From contig NZ_JBGUHR010000015.1 in assembly GCF_045112255.1 (NCBI RefSeq), positions 863-64,862 of the forward strand: a DNA stretch of 64,000 nucleotides. The letters are read 5' to 3'. Shown piece after piece: positions 20,244 to 29,040 of the stretch; position 1 is the stretch's first letter, and each line of letters starts with the position of its first letter. A program made the position numbers and the translations under genes. The notes below the pieces were generated by a model. The model worked only from the letters and a program-made list of their open reading frames with translations, was not told where the DNA came from and did not search any database. This DNA is from Fibrobacter sp. Its GTDB lineage: Bacteria; Fibrobacterota; Fibrobacteria; Fibrobacterales; Fibrobacteraceae.

Positions 20244-20831
20244 ATGCGACTCGAAGTACATCCTGAAAATCCGCAAGCGCGCATTGTCAAGCAGGCCGCC
20301 GAGATCCTCGAAAAAGACGGTCTCGTCCTCTACCCTACTGAATCCGGCTACGCCATCGGCTGCAACGCCGAATCTTCCAAAGCCATTCACAAGCTTTACG
20401 CCCTGAAGAAGCCCATGAAAAAATTCTTCATGGCACTCATCGTTCCCGATATCCGCTTTGCCTCTGGTTACGCCCACGTGAGCAACTTTGCGTTCAACAT
20501 CATCAAGCAGCGTGTTCCCGGCCCGTACACATTCATCCTCCCCGCCGACCCGCACATTGCGCGCAAGCTTGACGTCAAGCGCCCTGAAATCGGCATCCGC
20601 ATTCCGACGCACCCGTTCTTCAAGGAACTCTTCCAGCACTTTGACAAGCCCATCTTGAGCACCGCAGCCAAGCTCAGCGACGACGACATCTACGAGACAG
20701 ACGAACTCTGGAAAACGTTCCAGCATTCCGTAGACATGATGGTGGACTGCGGCAACATCGAAATCAACCCGACAAACGTCGTGAGCCTCGTCGGCGACAG
20801 CGTGGAAGTCATCCGCGGGGAACTCGTCTAA
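20244..20831 (+). CDS. Sua5/YciO/YrdC family protein
   Basis: HPENPQ, YPTESGYAIGC, PGPYTFIL, GIRIP; start at ATG 20244, not the longer ORF. Confidence 0.88.
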   Translation: MRLEVHPENPQARIVKQAAEILEKDGLVLYPTESGYAIGCNAESSKAIHKLYALKKPMKKFFMALIVPDIRFASGYAHVSNFAFNIIKQRVPGPYTFILPADPHIARKLDVKRPEIGIRIPTHPFFKELFQHFDKPILSTAAKLSDDDIYETDELWKTFQHSVDMMVDCGNIEINPTNVVSLVGDSVEVIRGELV

Positions 20832-21000
20832 AGTCGCGCGATTCTTGATTGCCGCGATTCTCGACGCATTAGAAAGGTGACGCTTAAACCCACTCATGTT
20901 TTAGGTATTTTTAGTCAAAACTCGCTCATATTTTAGATACATCCATCAAAAAGTAGCCATTATTTTAGTCTTTTCGTAAAATTTTGACTATATTAATAGC

Positions 21001-22335
21001 ATGTACCTAAAACGTAAAATTGACGATTTTTTAATATCCTGGAAAAATTCCGAACCCAAGAAACCCTTGATCATCAAGGGCGCAAGACAGATTGGCAAAA
21101 CAGAGTCCGTTTTGCATTTCGCATTAAGTTACGAAAACCTCATCAATATCAATTTCGCTTTAGAGAAAAAATACACCAACATATGCGAAGACGGTTACGA
21201 TGTTCAAGACATCATAATGAACATCTCCCGAATTGATCCTACAAAAAAATTTATCGAGGGCAAAACCCTAATTCTATTCGACGAAATTCAAGATTACCCA
21301 GAAATCGCAACCGCACTTAAATCGTTCTGTATCGACAAACGCTTTGACGTCATATGCAGCGGTTCCATGCTCGGAATCAATTACAAGAAAATCGAGAGCA
21401 ACAGCGTGGGTTACAAATCCGAATTCCCGATGCAGGCGCTCGATTTCGAAGAATTTCTCTGGGCTATGGGCTATGCACAAGAAACCACCGACGACCTACT
21501 TTCACATATGGTCTCAGTGACTCCATTTAACCAGACAACGTTAAAGGTATTCGAAAACCTGTTCCTAGATTACTGCATTTTAGGCGGAATGCCCCAAGTT
21601 GTCAGAACATTTATCGAAAAGAAAAGTTTCGAGGGTTCCCTGGAGTTACAAAAAGAGCTGCTAGCCGATTACAAAGAGGACATAAAAAAATACGTTGAAG
21701 GAATTGATAAAACCAGAGTCCTGAACGTATTCAACCACATTCCCATACAGCTTGCCAAAGAAAACAAAAAATTTCAAATATCCAAAGTCGCATCCGGCGC
21801 CAAATTCAAGGACTACTGGGGATGCATCGAATGGCTAAGCGACGCAGGAATGATCAACCTATGCCACTGCCTGCACACACCCGGCCTCCCCCTAAAAGGA
21901 AACTACGAGGAAAACAAGTATAAAATCTACTTCAAGGACACAGGACTCCTAGTCGCAAGTCTTGATGATGAAGCCCAAGAAGATCTCCGAAGCAACAAAA
22001 ACATGAACGTGTATAAAGGCGGACTATACGAAAACATCGTCGCCGAAGCACTAAGCAAGCAAAGCTATGAATTATTTTATTACAAAAAAGAAAATTCCAC
22101 ACTTGAACAGGACTTTTTTGTACGCACCCAAAAGTCGCTTGTCCCAGTAGAAGTCAAAGCGACCAACGGCACCGCAAAATCGCTCACGACTTTAATAAAA
22201 AGCGACGCCTACCCAGACATCGTCCGCGGCATCAAGTTCATTCATGGGAATGTTGGATTCACCAATAATATTTACACATTCCCATATTTCTGCGCATTTC
22301 TTTTAAAAAGCTTTTTAAAGACTGCAGACTTTTAA
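21001..22335 (+). CDS. AAA_14 / DUF4143 ATP-binding protein
   Basis: GARQIGKT, FDEIQ, SGS, GGMP, KIYFKDTGLL, PVEVK. Confidence 0.88.
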   Translation: MYLKRKIDDFLISWKNSEPKKPLIIKGARQIGKTESVLHFALSYENLININFALEKKYTNICEDGYDVQDIIMNISRIDPTKKFIEGKTLILFDEIQDYPEIATALKSFCIDKRFDVICSGSMLGINYKKIESNSVGYKSEFPMQALDFEEFLWAMGYAQETTDDLLSHMVSVTPFNQTTLKVFENLFLDYCILGGMPQVVRTFIEKKSFEGSLELQKELLADYKEDIKKYVEGIDKTRVLNVFNHIPIQLAKENKKFQISKVASGAKFKDYWGCIEWLSDAGMINLCHCLHTPGLPLKGNYEENKYKIYFKDTGLLVASLDDEAQEDLRSNKNMNVYKGGLYENIVAEALSKQSYELFYYKKENSTLEQDFFVRTQKSLVPVEVKATNGTAKSLTTLIKSDAYPDIVRGIKFIHGNVGFTNNIYTFPYFCAFLLKSFLKTADF

Positions 22336-22351
22336 GAACTTCAAAAAGAGA

Positions 22352-22391
22352 AAAGGGCCGTCACATGCAATGAAGCAATGTGCGGCCCTTT
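22352..22391. terminator. Bidirectional intrinsic terminator
   Basis: AAAGGGCCG...CGGCCCTTT between convergent AAA gene and tRNA. Confidence 0.6.
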
Positions 22392-22396
22392 TGCTA

Positions 22397-22469
22397 TACC
22401 CGGTTCGCGAGTCGAACGCGAGTTTAATCCTTAGGAGGGACTCGTTCTATCCATCTGAACTAACCAGGC
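22397..22469 (-). tRNA. tRNA-Arg(CCT)
   Basis: Reverse complement GCCTGGTTAGTTCAGATGGATAGAACGAGTCC-CTCCTAA-GGATTAAACTCGCGTTCGACTCGCGAACCGGGTA folds as a cloverleaf, anticodon CCT. Confidence 0.92.
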
Positions 22470-22987
22470 TCTTTAGCGACCGCGAATATAGAAAAAAAAC
22501 GGCAATTCATCAAGCAAAAGGGCCAAAACGGCCTGCATCAAGAGATAAATCCGGCAATCAGCAAGCCCTGGGCGCCATTCCAGAGTTCGAACTTTAGATG
22601 GCGGTAAGGCTTCCCAAAGAGGCCGCATTTTTAACAAATTTTGCCGAATATAATTTATTTTAGGAATAATACACCATTGAAAAAAGTTTTTTACAGCATT
22701 GCCACGTACTTTTCAAACAAACTTATATCTTTTATTCTCAAAAAGCAGACAACATATACAATATAATTTCTTTATTTATAAATCAATTTAACTATTTTCT
22801 GTTCTCAAAAAATTTATAGAATTTTAAACAAGTACAATCAAGTAACAACTATTCCACACATTCGCCACAAACAACGTAAACCATTATTTACTCCATTCTG
22901 TATAACAGCTTGTTATTTTGTATCATATAACAGCTTTTCGTAACAATAAAAACTGTTTTGCATTTTATCTTACACAGGAGAAAAATA

Positions 22988-24463
22988 ATGGATAAAGAAA
23001 AAATCTCAATCGGATGCCCAGACCCATTCAGTGTTGCGGAATTGATTGAAGGTAAAAAAATCGACTGGTCTAAGAAAAAAGACGAAATCGACGCATTGGC
23101 CGAAATTTTTGGCGTCACGAAAGAAGCATTTTTAAAAGATTCATTTACTCTTTTGAATCCGTTCGTAAAAATCAATTCAAAAGGCGAACTCACTGCAATT
23201 TCAGAAAGCGAAGCTACAACACGCCTTGAAACATTCCTGAAAAATAACGCAAGACCGCAAAAGGCTTTGGCAAAGGCAGCCTCCACAAAGGCCCTCACGC
23301 CAGCGCAAAAACGCAAAAACGTCATCAGCGTCCTGCTCAACAAACAGGTGACGGAAAAAAAATTAGCACAAGAAATAAAAGCAAACAGAATTGTAGTTGC
23401 CAACAGTAACAATTCCGTCTACCTGCCAGAAGGAATGACGTGGAAAGACAAGGGCTACTTCTTCAACGAGACCGCCCACTGGTACGACATTTGCCAAAAC
23501 AGCATTGGCGACTGCTACTTCCTCGCGGCTCTCTGTTCCGTTGTTTACGCAAACCCGTTCTGGATTAAGAACAACGTCGCCCTAAGGTACAAAAACGGTA
23601 TCCAAGACGACACCCCATGGCATGCAATCGACTTTTACGTTCCTAAGACCGGCTCCTACAAATCAAATCAAGCATGGTCTGGAAAACAAGGAACCGTACA
23701 AACCGTCGTCGTTTCTGAAGAACTTCTCGTCAACGAAAAAACCGAAAAAAACTACGGTGTCTGCGGACCTAAGGAAAAATCGGGAGCAGCTATAAAAAAC
23801 GTTTCCAAATCAGAAATGGATTCTTGCTGGCCAGCCGTTTACGAAAAAGCCTACGCCAAGTTCCTCGAGAAATGTACCTCGGACTATCCCGACTTGAAAG
23901 GCAAAATCAACGGCGGCAATGGCGGCGGAGCGCTCAAGGAAATACTCCACACTGAAAACGTTGTTACAAAATCTCTGGGCAGCCTGACCGTCAATCAAAT
24001 CTGGGATATCGGCCTTAAAGCCCACAGCAATCCGACATGCGTTTCCATTCACAGCTACTGGGATAAGGGAAAACAAGTCTACTATTCCAAAGCCGGAACT
24101 AAACAAGAGTACATGGATATGGGCCTCTACATCGGCCACGTCTATTCATTCCTGGACGTCATCATGATGAAAGACTCCAAGAAATACGTCGTTCTCCGCA
24201 ACCCGCACGGCCGTAACCTCGCCGCTATCAAAAACAACCCGGCGGTCTATCACGACAGCTGGACATACAACTATGGCGCCAATCCGACAAACACCTACCG
24301 CGGCGTAAGCAGCATCTACAGGTTCGTCGATGGCAACAACGATCCGCAAAAATCACGTGGAACATTCCTGATGGAAATCAATGAATTCAAGCGCGTCTTC
24401 GAAGACGTGTATTACTACGACGGTCCCGCAATAGACGAAGGCCTGACCTCGCTCATCCCATGA
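22988..24463 (+). CDS. Calpain-like (peptidase C2) cysteine protease, paralog 1
   Basis: QNSIGDCYFLAAL, WPAVYEKAYAK, GHVYS, LRNPHG (Cys-His-Asn triad); CAGGAG RBS before ATG 22988. Confidence 0.85.
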   Translation: MDKEKISIGCPDPFSVAELIEGKKIDWSKKKDEIDALAEIFGVTKEAFLKDSFTLLNPFVKINSKGELTAISESEATTRLETFLKNNARPQKALAKAASTKALTPAQKRKNVISVLLNKQVTEKKLAQEIKANRIVVANSNNSVYLPEGMTWKDKGYFFNETAHWYDICQNSIGDCYFLAALCSVVYANPFWIKNNVALRYKNGIQDDTPWHAIDFYVPKTGSYKSNQAWSGKQGTVQTVVVSEELLVNEKTEKNYGVCGPKEKSGAAIKNVSKSEMDSCWPAVYEKAYAKFLEKCTSDYPDLKGKINGGNGGGALKEILHTENVVTKSLGSLTVNQIWDIGLKAHSNPTCVSIHSYWDKGKQVYYSKAGTKQEYMDMGLYIGHVYSFLDVIMMKDSKKYVVLRNPHGRNLAAIKNNPAVYHDSWTYNYGANPTNTYRGVSSIYRFVDGNNDPQKSRGTFLMEINEFKRVFEDVYYYDGPAIDEGLTSLIP

Positions 24464-24503
24464 CAACCATCAACCACACAAAGATTTATACAGGAGATTT
24501 ACA

Positions 24504-26015
24504 ATGGAAGAAAAATTAAACGCAATTGGATGCCCGGACCCGTTCAGTATCGCCGAATTTATCGAAGGAACAAAAATCGACTGGTCTAAGCAGAAAGACG
24601 AAATCGAAACGCTCGCAGAATGCCTCGGCGTGACAAAAGCAGGCTACCTGAACAACATAAACGCGATTCTCCGCCCCTTCGCCGAAGAAGATTCCAAAGG
24701 CACGATCAAGATCCTTTCGAAGGACGTCGCACAGAAGCGCCTCGAAACGCTCATGACGAAGATTGCAAGGCCGCAGAACAGCGCAAAGATCCTGAAATCG
24801 GCAAGCAGCCTCACATTCCAGCAAAAGCGCAAAAATGTTGTCAGCATCTTGATGAACGTTCAGGAATCCCAGAAGGTCATCAACCAGAAAATCAAGAGCG
24901 GCGAAATCACAGCAACAACTGACGCCGTCTATCTGCCCAAAGGCATGTCCTGGAAAGACAAAGGCTACTACTTCAACGAAACCGTACACTGGTACGACAT
25001 TTGCCAAAACAGCATTGCGGACTGCTACTACCTCGCCGCGCTCTGCTCCGTCGCCTTCGTCAACCCGTTCCTGATCAAGAACGTCACCGGCTTAAGGTTC
25101 AAATACAGCGAAGGCATCCAGGACGAAACTCCGTGGCATGCCATCGAATACTACGTGCCTAACGGCACTTACGAATCTTCAAATGCATGGAGTCATGCCA
25201 AGAAGACAAAGCAGACCATCGTCGTTTCCGAAGAAGTCCTTGTCAACGCAAGCGGCTACAACTACGGTGCATCCGGGCCAAAGGAAAAGCTGGAAGGCCT
25301 CGTGAAAGGCGACAAGTCCAAGCTCGATTCCTGCTGGCCGGCCGTTTATGAAAAGGCGTATGCCAAGTTCCTCGAAAGATGCACTTCGGACTACCCAAAC
25401 ATGGACGGGCTGATCCATTACGGAAACGCAGAAGACTCCCTCAAGGTGATTCTCCATACAGAAGACGTCGAAACAAAATATTTGTCAAACCTCACCACGT
25501 CGCAGATCTGGAGCCTCGCCGGAGACGCAGATACGAAACCTTCATGCGCATCCATCAGCGCCCCCAAAGTAGGGACCGAAGCAGATTATACAAATATGGG
25601 CCTATACACCTACCATGTATATTCGCTCCTGGGCCGCACAACAATAAACAACAAGCAATACGTCATTCTCCGCAACCCGCATGGACGTAACCCAAACAAG
25701 CTCAAGAACAACACCCACGTTTACCAAAGCAGCTGGAGCGTCGCAAATACGGTTAGCGCAAACAACACGTACAGAGGGACTAAGGACATCTACAGGTTCG
25801 TCGATGGCAACAACAACCCTCAAAAGTCACGGGGCACGTTCCTGATGGAACTTGCCGAATTCAAGCGAGTCTTCACGGCTATCGAGCGCTACAACGGGGC
25901 AACAATATCAAACGGTTCAACAAGCTTGACCCCGTCCATTTCGATCAGGCCTATCCCGGTTCCCAAGCCTATCCCGGAACAGCTTAACCCAATAAAGCCG
26001 ATTCCGAAAAAATAA
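24504..26015 (+). CDS. Calpain-like (peptidase C2) cysteine protease, paralog 2
   Basis: QNSIADCYYLAAL, YHVYS, LRNPHG; Pro-rich C-terminal tail. Confidence 0.85.
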   Translation: MEEKLNAIGCPDPFSIAEFIEGTKIDWSKQKDEIETLAECLGVTKAGYLNNINAILRPFAEEDSKGTIKILSKDVAQKRLETLMTKIARPQNSAKILKSASSLTFQQKRKNVVSILMNVQESQKVINQKIKSGEITATTDAVYLPKGMSWKDKGYYFNETVHWYDICQNSIADCYYLAALCSVAFVNPFLIKNVTGLRFKYSEGIQDETPWHAIEYYVPNGTYESSNAWSHAKKTKQTIVVSEEVLVNASGYNYGASGPKEKLEGLVKGDKSKLDSCWPAVYEKAYAKFLERCTSDYPNMDGLIHYGNAEDSLKVILHTEDVETKYLSNLTTSQIWSLAGDADTKPSCASISAPKVGTEADYTNMGLYTYHVYSLLGRTTINNKQYVILRNPHGRNPNKLKNNTHVYQSSWSVANTVSANNTYRGTKDIYRFVDGNNNPQKSRGTFLMELAEFKRVFTAIERYNGATISNGSTSLTPSISIRPIPVPKPIPEQLNPIKPIPKK

Positions 26016-26032
26016 TTGTCTTGTAGCCATAA

Positions 26033-26068
26033 GCAGGTCCCGGTTCGCCGGGGCCTGTTTTTTTTTTA
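26033..26068 (+). terminator. Intrinsic terminator
   Basis: CAGGTCCCGG-TTCG-CCGGGGCCTG followed by poly-T. Confidence 0.8.
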
Positions 26069-28276
26069 CTTTGCAGGATTTTCTTCGGACGAAAGCTTCG
26101 TCCTTGCGTCGTACAGGCTCTTGGAAATATGCGTAAACGCCTCGACGACAACGGGGTCGAAGTGGCTACCCGCCCCTTCCATAATAATCGCCATCGCCTT
26201 TTCGTAGCTAAAGCCTTTCTTGTAAACGCGTTCGGCAATGAGCGCATCGAATACGTCGGCCACAGCCATGATTCTTGCAGACAAAGGAATTTCTTCGCCC
26301 TTGAGACGGTTCGGGTATCCAGAGCCATCCCACTTTTCATGGTGATAGCAAGCCATTTCAATAGATTCATTCAGGTAGTCGGCATCGAAAGCGCCCTTTG
26401 CATCATCGACGATTTTCTGGAGGATCTTGCCGCCTTCGGTCGTGTGGTTCTTCATGATGGCAAATTCTTCATCCGTAAGCTTTCCGTTCTTATTCAAGAT
26501 CAAGTCGGACACCGCAATTTTTCCGATATCATGGAGCGGAGCGGCCTGCTTGAGCTTGTGGATATAGGCATCCGTCAAGATTCCCCTGAACTGCCCCTCG
26601 GACTGAAGTTCCTTCGCAATGGCCTCGACATACTGAGCCGTCTTCTTGATATGGTCACCCGTGCATTTATCGCGCGCTTCAACCATCTCGGCAAATTCCA
26701 TGATAATGACTTCCTGCATGCGCTGGATGCGCTGGTTCTGGTCATGCACCTTCTGGATAAAGTTGAACGTGTCATCCGTCATCGCATTGAAGTAGTCGTA
26801 AAGCTGCCCAATTTCATCTTTGGACTTGATCCCGAGACTTGCGACATCGTTCACGGAATTCCGCATACGGGAAAGGTCCAGATCAAAGCCCATGTCCAAA
26901 GCATAGTTCGCGCGCATCGTCGCCCCAGCAATCTTCTGCGCTGCATAGGACATCTTGTTCACAGGAATCACGATCCCGCGCTTCATCAGCTCGAAAACAA
27001 TCATCATGATGATAATCGAAAGCCCGAAGAAAAGCGACAGGAGCTTGATAAAGAACATCGCCTCATCGCGGACAATAGATTCCATGGAAACGTCTGCAGC
27101 CACGTAGGCAACCGTTTTCCCGGCAGCGTTCCGAATAGGCTTGTAAACCGTCAAAAGCCAGCCAAACTGGTCATCCGAAATAATCGGCTCAATCTCTTCG
27201 CCATTCAAAAGCTTTGGCAGATAAGGCAAGAACGACGGATCAAATTCAAGTACGGAACCAGGCTCGCCCTCCGCCTCGCCATCTACGTCCAAGTCAAAAA
27301 CGACATGGCAGCCGTCTTCCATGATCTTGTAGACATAGAGGTATTTTGTATGCGGAAAGCTCTTCCGAATCTGTTCAAGAATCCTCTTTATGCGGTCATA
27401 ACCTTCAGCTTCATGGCCGCGCGCAATATACTCATCCACCCTTTCAGCATCAATCGCGATCGACGCCGACTCCGTCACTCCACGCGCGGTACTTATATAG
27501 TCGTTGATCGAATTGTCGCGATACAGGAACAGCCCGATTGTGCTTGCAAGCCCGCCCAGAAGCACCTCGGCGACAATCACCATCAGGACAACCTTGTTCA
27601 GAAGGGAATTGCTGAACGAAGCCTTTTCCGCAGAATTGCCCCGTGCAAAATTAACTTCGCTCAAATATTCCTTGACATGATTTGGAATAAAGTGGTAGAT
27701 GAGCGCCGACAGCAAAACAATCACGCTTTTGTCAAAAACATCAATGACGACATCGGCACAGAGCTGCGAAGTGAAACGGTCCCAGTGCATCAGGTCATGG
27801 AACGCAATCGCAAACGGCGCCGAAATCCCTTCGCCAAAATTAAAGCCGTATAGTGCATAGGTGAAAATCGACCCAATGCCGCCGCCGATCATCGCAAAGA
27901 TTAAAATGAGAACCAGCAGCTTCCAGATGCTCTTGAAAAAACCGCGACGGAAAAGGAACGTCGCGACAACCGCAATAAAGATGCTCAAGACGCCATAATA
28001 CATGGCAACAGGCTCGGCGATCCCGTTAATGGCGTTCACGCCAAAGCCGACAATCACGGCAGGCAAATACCCACCCAGCATGGCGGTAAGCACCGTCCCC
28101 AGACAATCCAGAAAAAGCGGTATGCCAAAGAAAATTGCAAGCTTTGCGGGGACCACGTTCAAGAGCAAGCCTAAAACAATCAGCAGCAGGGCCTTTCTAG
28201 AACGCCACAGAAAGCCCCTCACGACCTTCAGAATCCATTTTAGGCTAGACACGACTTCCAAAGCATACTTTCTCAT
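26066..28276 (-). CDS. Membrane HD-GYP phosphodiesterase with N-terminal ECF S-component-like TM domain and HAMP-like linker
   Basis: LHDIGK, HHEKWDGSGYP, ADVFDAL; N-terminal LFLD..GTVL.A.LGG..P membrane domain. Confidence 0.85.
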   Translation of the reverse strand: MRKYALEVVSSLKWILKVVRGFLWRSRKALLLIVLGLLLNVVPAKLAIFFGIPLFLDCLGTVLTAMLGGYLPAVIVGFGVNAINGIAEPVAMYYGVLSIFIAVVATFLFRRGFFKSIWKLLVLILIFAMIGGGIGSIFTYALYGFNFGEGISAPFAIAFHDLMHWDRFTSQLCADVVIDVFDKSVIVLLSALIYHFIPNHVKEYLSEVNFARGNSAEKASFSNSLLNKVVLMVIVAEVLLGGLASTIGLFLYRDNSINDYISTARGVTESASIAIDAERVDEYIARGHEAEGYDRIKRILEQIRKSFPHTKYLYVYKIMEDGCHVVFDLDVDGEAEGEPGSVLEFDPSFLPYLPKLLNGEEIEPIISDDQFGWLLTVYKPIRNAAGKTVAYVAADVSMESIVRDEAMFFIKLLSLFFGLSIIIMMIVFELMKRGIVIPVNKMSYAAQKIAGATMRANYALDMGFDLDLSRMRNSVNDVASLGIKSKDEIGQLYDYFNAMTDDTFNFIQKVHDQNQRIQRMQEVIIMEFAEMVEARDKCTGDHIKKTAQYVEAIAKELQSEGQFRGILTDAYIHKLKQAAPLHDIGKIAVSDLILNKNGKLTDEEFAIMKNHTTEGGKILQKIVDDAKGAFDADYLNESIEMACYHHEKWDGSGYPNRLKGEEIPLSARIMAVADVFDALIAERVYKKGFSYEKAMAIIMEGAGSHFDPVVVEAFTHISKSLYDARTKLSSEENPAK

Positions 28277-28361
28277 ACCCAAATTCTTCCTTTTTGCTTA
28301 TTTAAAATACATAAAAATAAGACAAAAAGAAAGCCCAGTTTCAAGGAACCAGGCTCAAAAA

Positions 28362-28916
28362 TTAACGGTATTCGAATTTCGCTTCAAATAAATGCTTGCA
28401 GTTATTACTGTCGTTGCCCCAGTGATCCGACGAACCCGCAAAAACCTGGATACCCAAGTCAGCAGCCCCCGCAACAAGGCGGCTCATGCCGGCAATCCTC
28501 CAAATACAGCGGAGAATATCGTCGCACTCCTCGCGGCTCAGCTTGCAGCCATCCGTCTGGCCCGCGAGCATATACAAGCCGTCATGGATGAACGGAGCCG
28601 CGTTATAAACATCGTCGCCCTTCTTGATGTCCGGGACAAAGCGCTTCGCAAACGCCGGCGCCGAAGCGCCATCCGACATAAACCCTCTCCTGAAACGGAA
28701 AGTCAACATGAAATCGCGGAACTTTTTATCGGCCTTTGTATAGCGAGAACCCTTGACATACACGTAACGGTCCAGCTTGAAAAAATACATCTTGCCGTTG
28801 CCGTCAAACACAAGCGGAAAATCAATCTCGATGGACTCCACCGTTATGGAATTTCTGTCCTGCTGAAAATTCTTGCGACTCGTCATCTTGTCGATGAGCA
28901 TCTTTAATGTTGCCAT
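28362..28916 (-). CDS. DUF1353-like protein
   Basis: GF.SDGASAP, AAPFIHDGLY, SREECDDIL pattern. Confidence 0.7.
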   Translation of the reverse strand: MATLKMLIDKMTSRKNFQQDRNSITVESIEIDFPLVFDGNGKMYFFKLDRYVYVKGSRYTKADKKFRDFMLTFRFRRGFMSDGASAPAFAKRFVPDIKKGDDVYNAAPFIHDGLYMLAGQTDGCKLSREECDDILRCIWRIAGMSRLVAGAADLGIQVFAGSSDHWGNDSNNCKHLFEAKFEYR

Positions 28917-29040
28917 AGACTCCTTCTCTTAGCATGTTAGACACAGAGAAAAGATAAAAAATTAAAGGCGTTTTTTGGGGGGAATAAGAATTGTGAGTAT
29001 TCTTTCCATTAAAACATTTTTTCAAATCTAAATAGCAAAA

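Noticed and set aside
22370..22597. 75-aa ORF
   Set aside because: Overlaps the tRNA-Arg gene on the opposite strand
26129..27853. 574-aa plus-strand ORF
   Set aside because: Antisense shadow of the HD-GYP gene; no recognisable motifs
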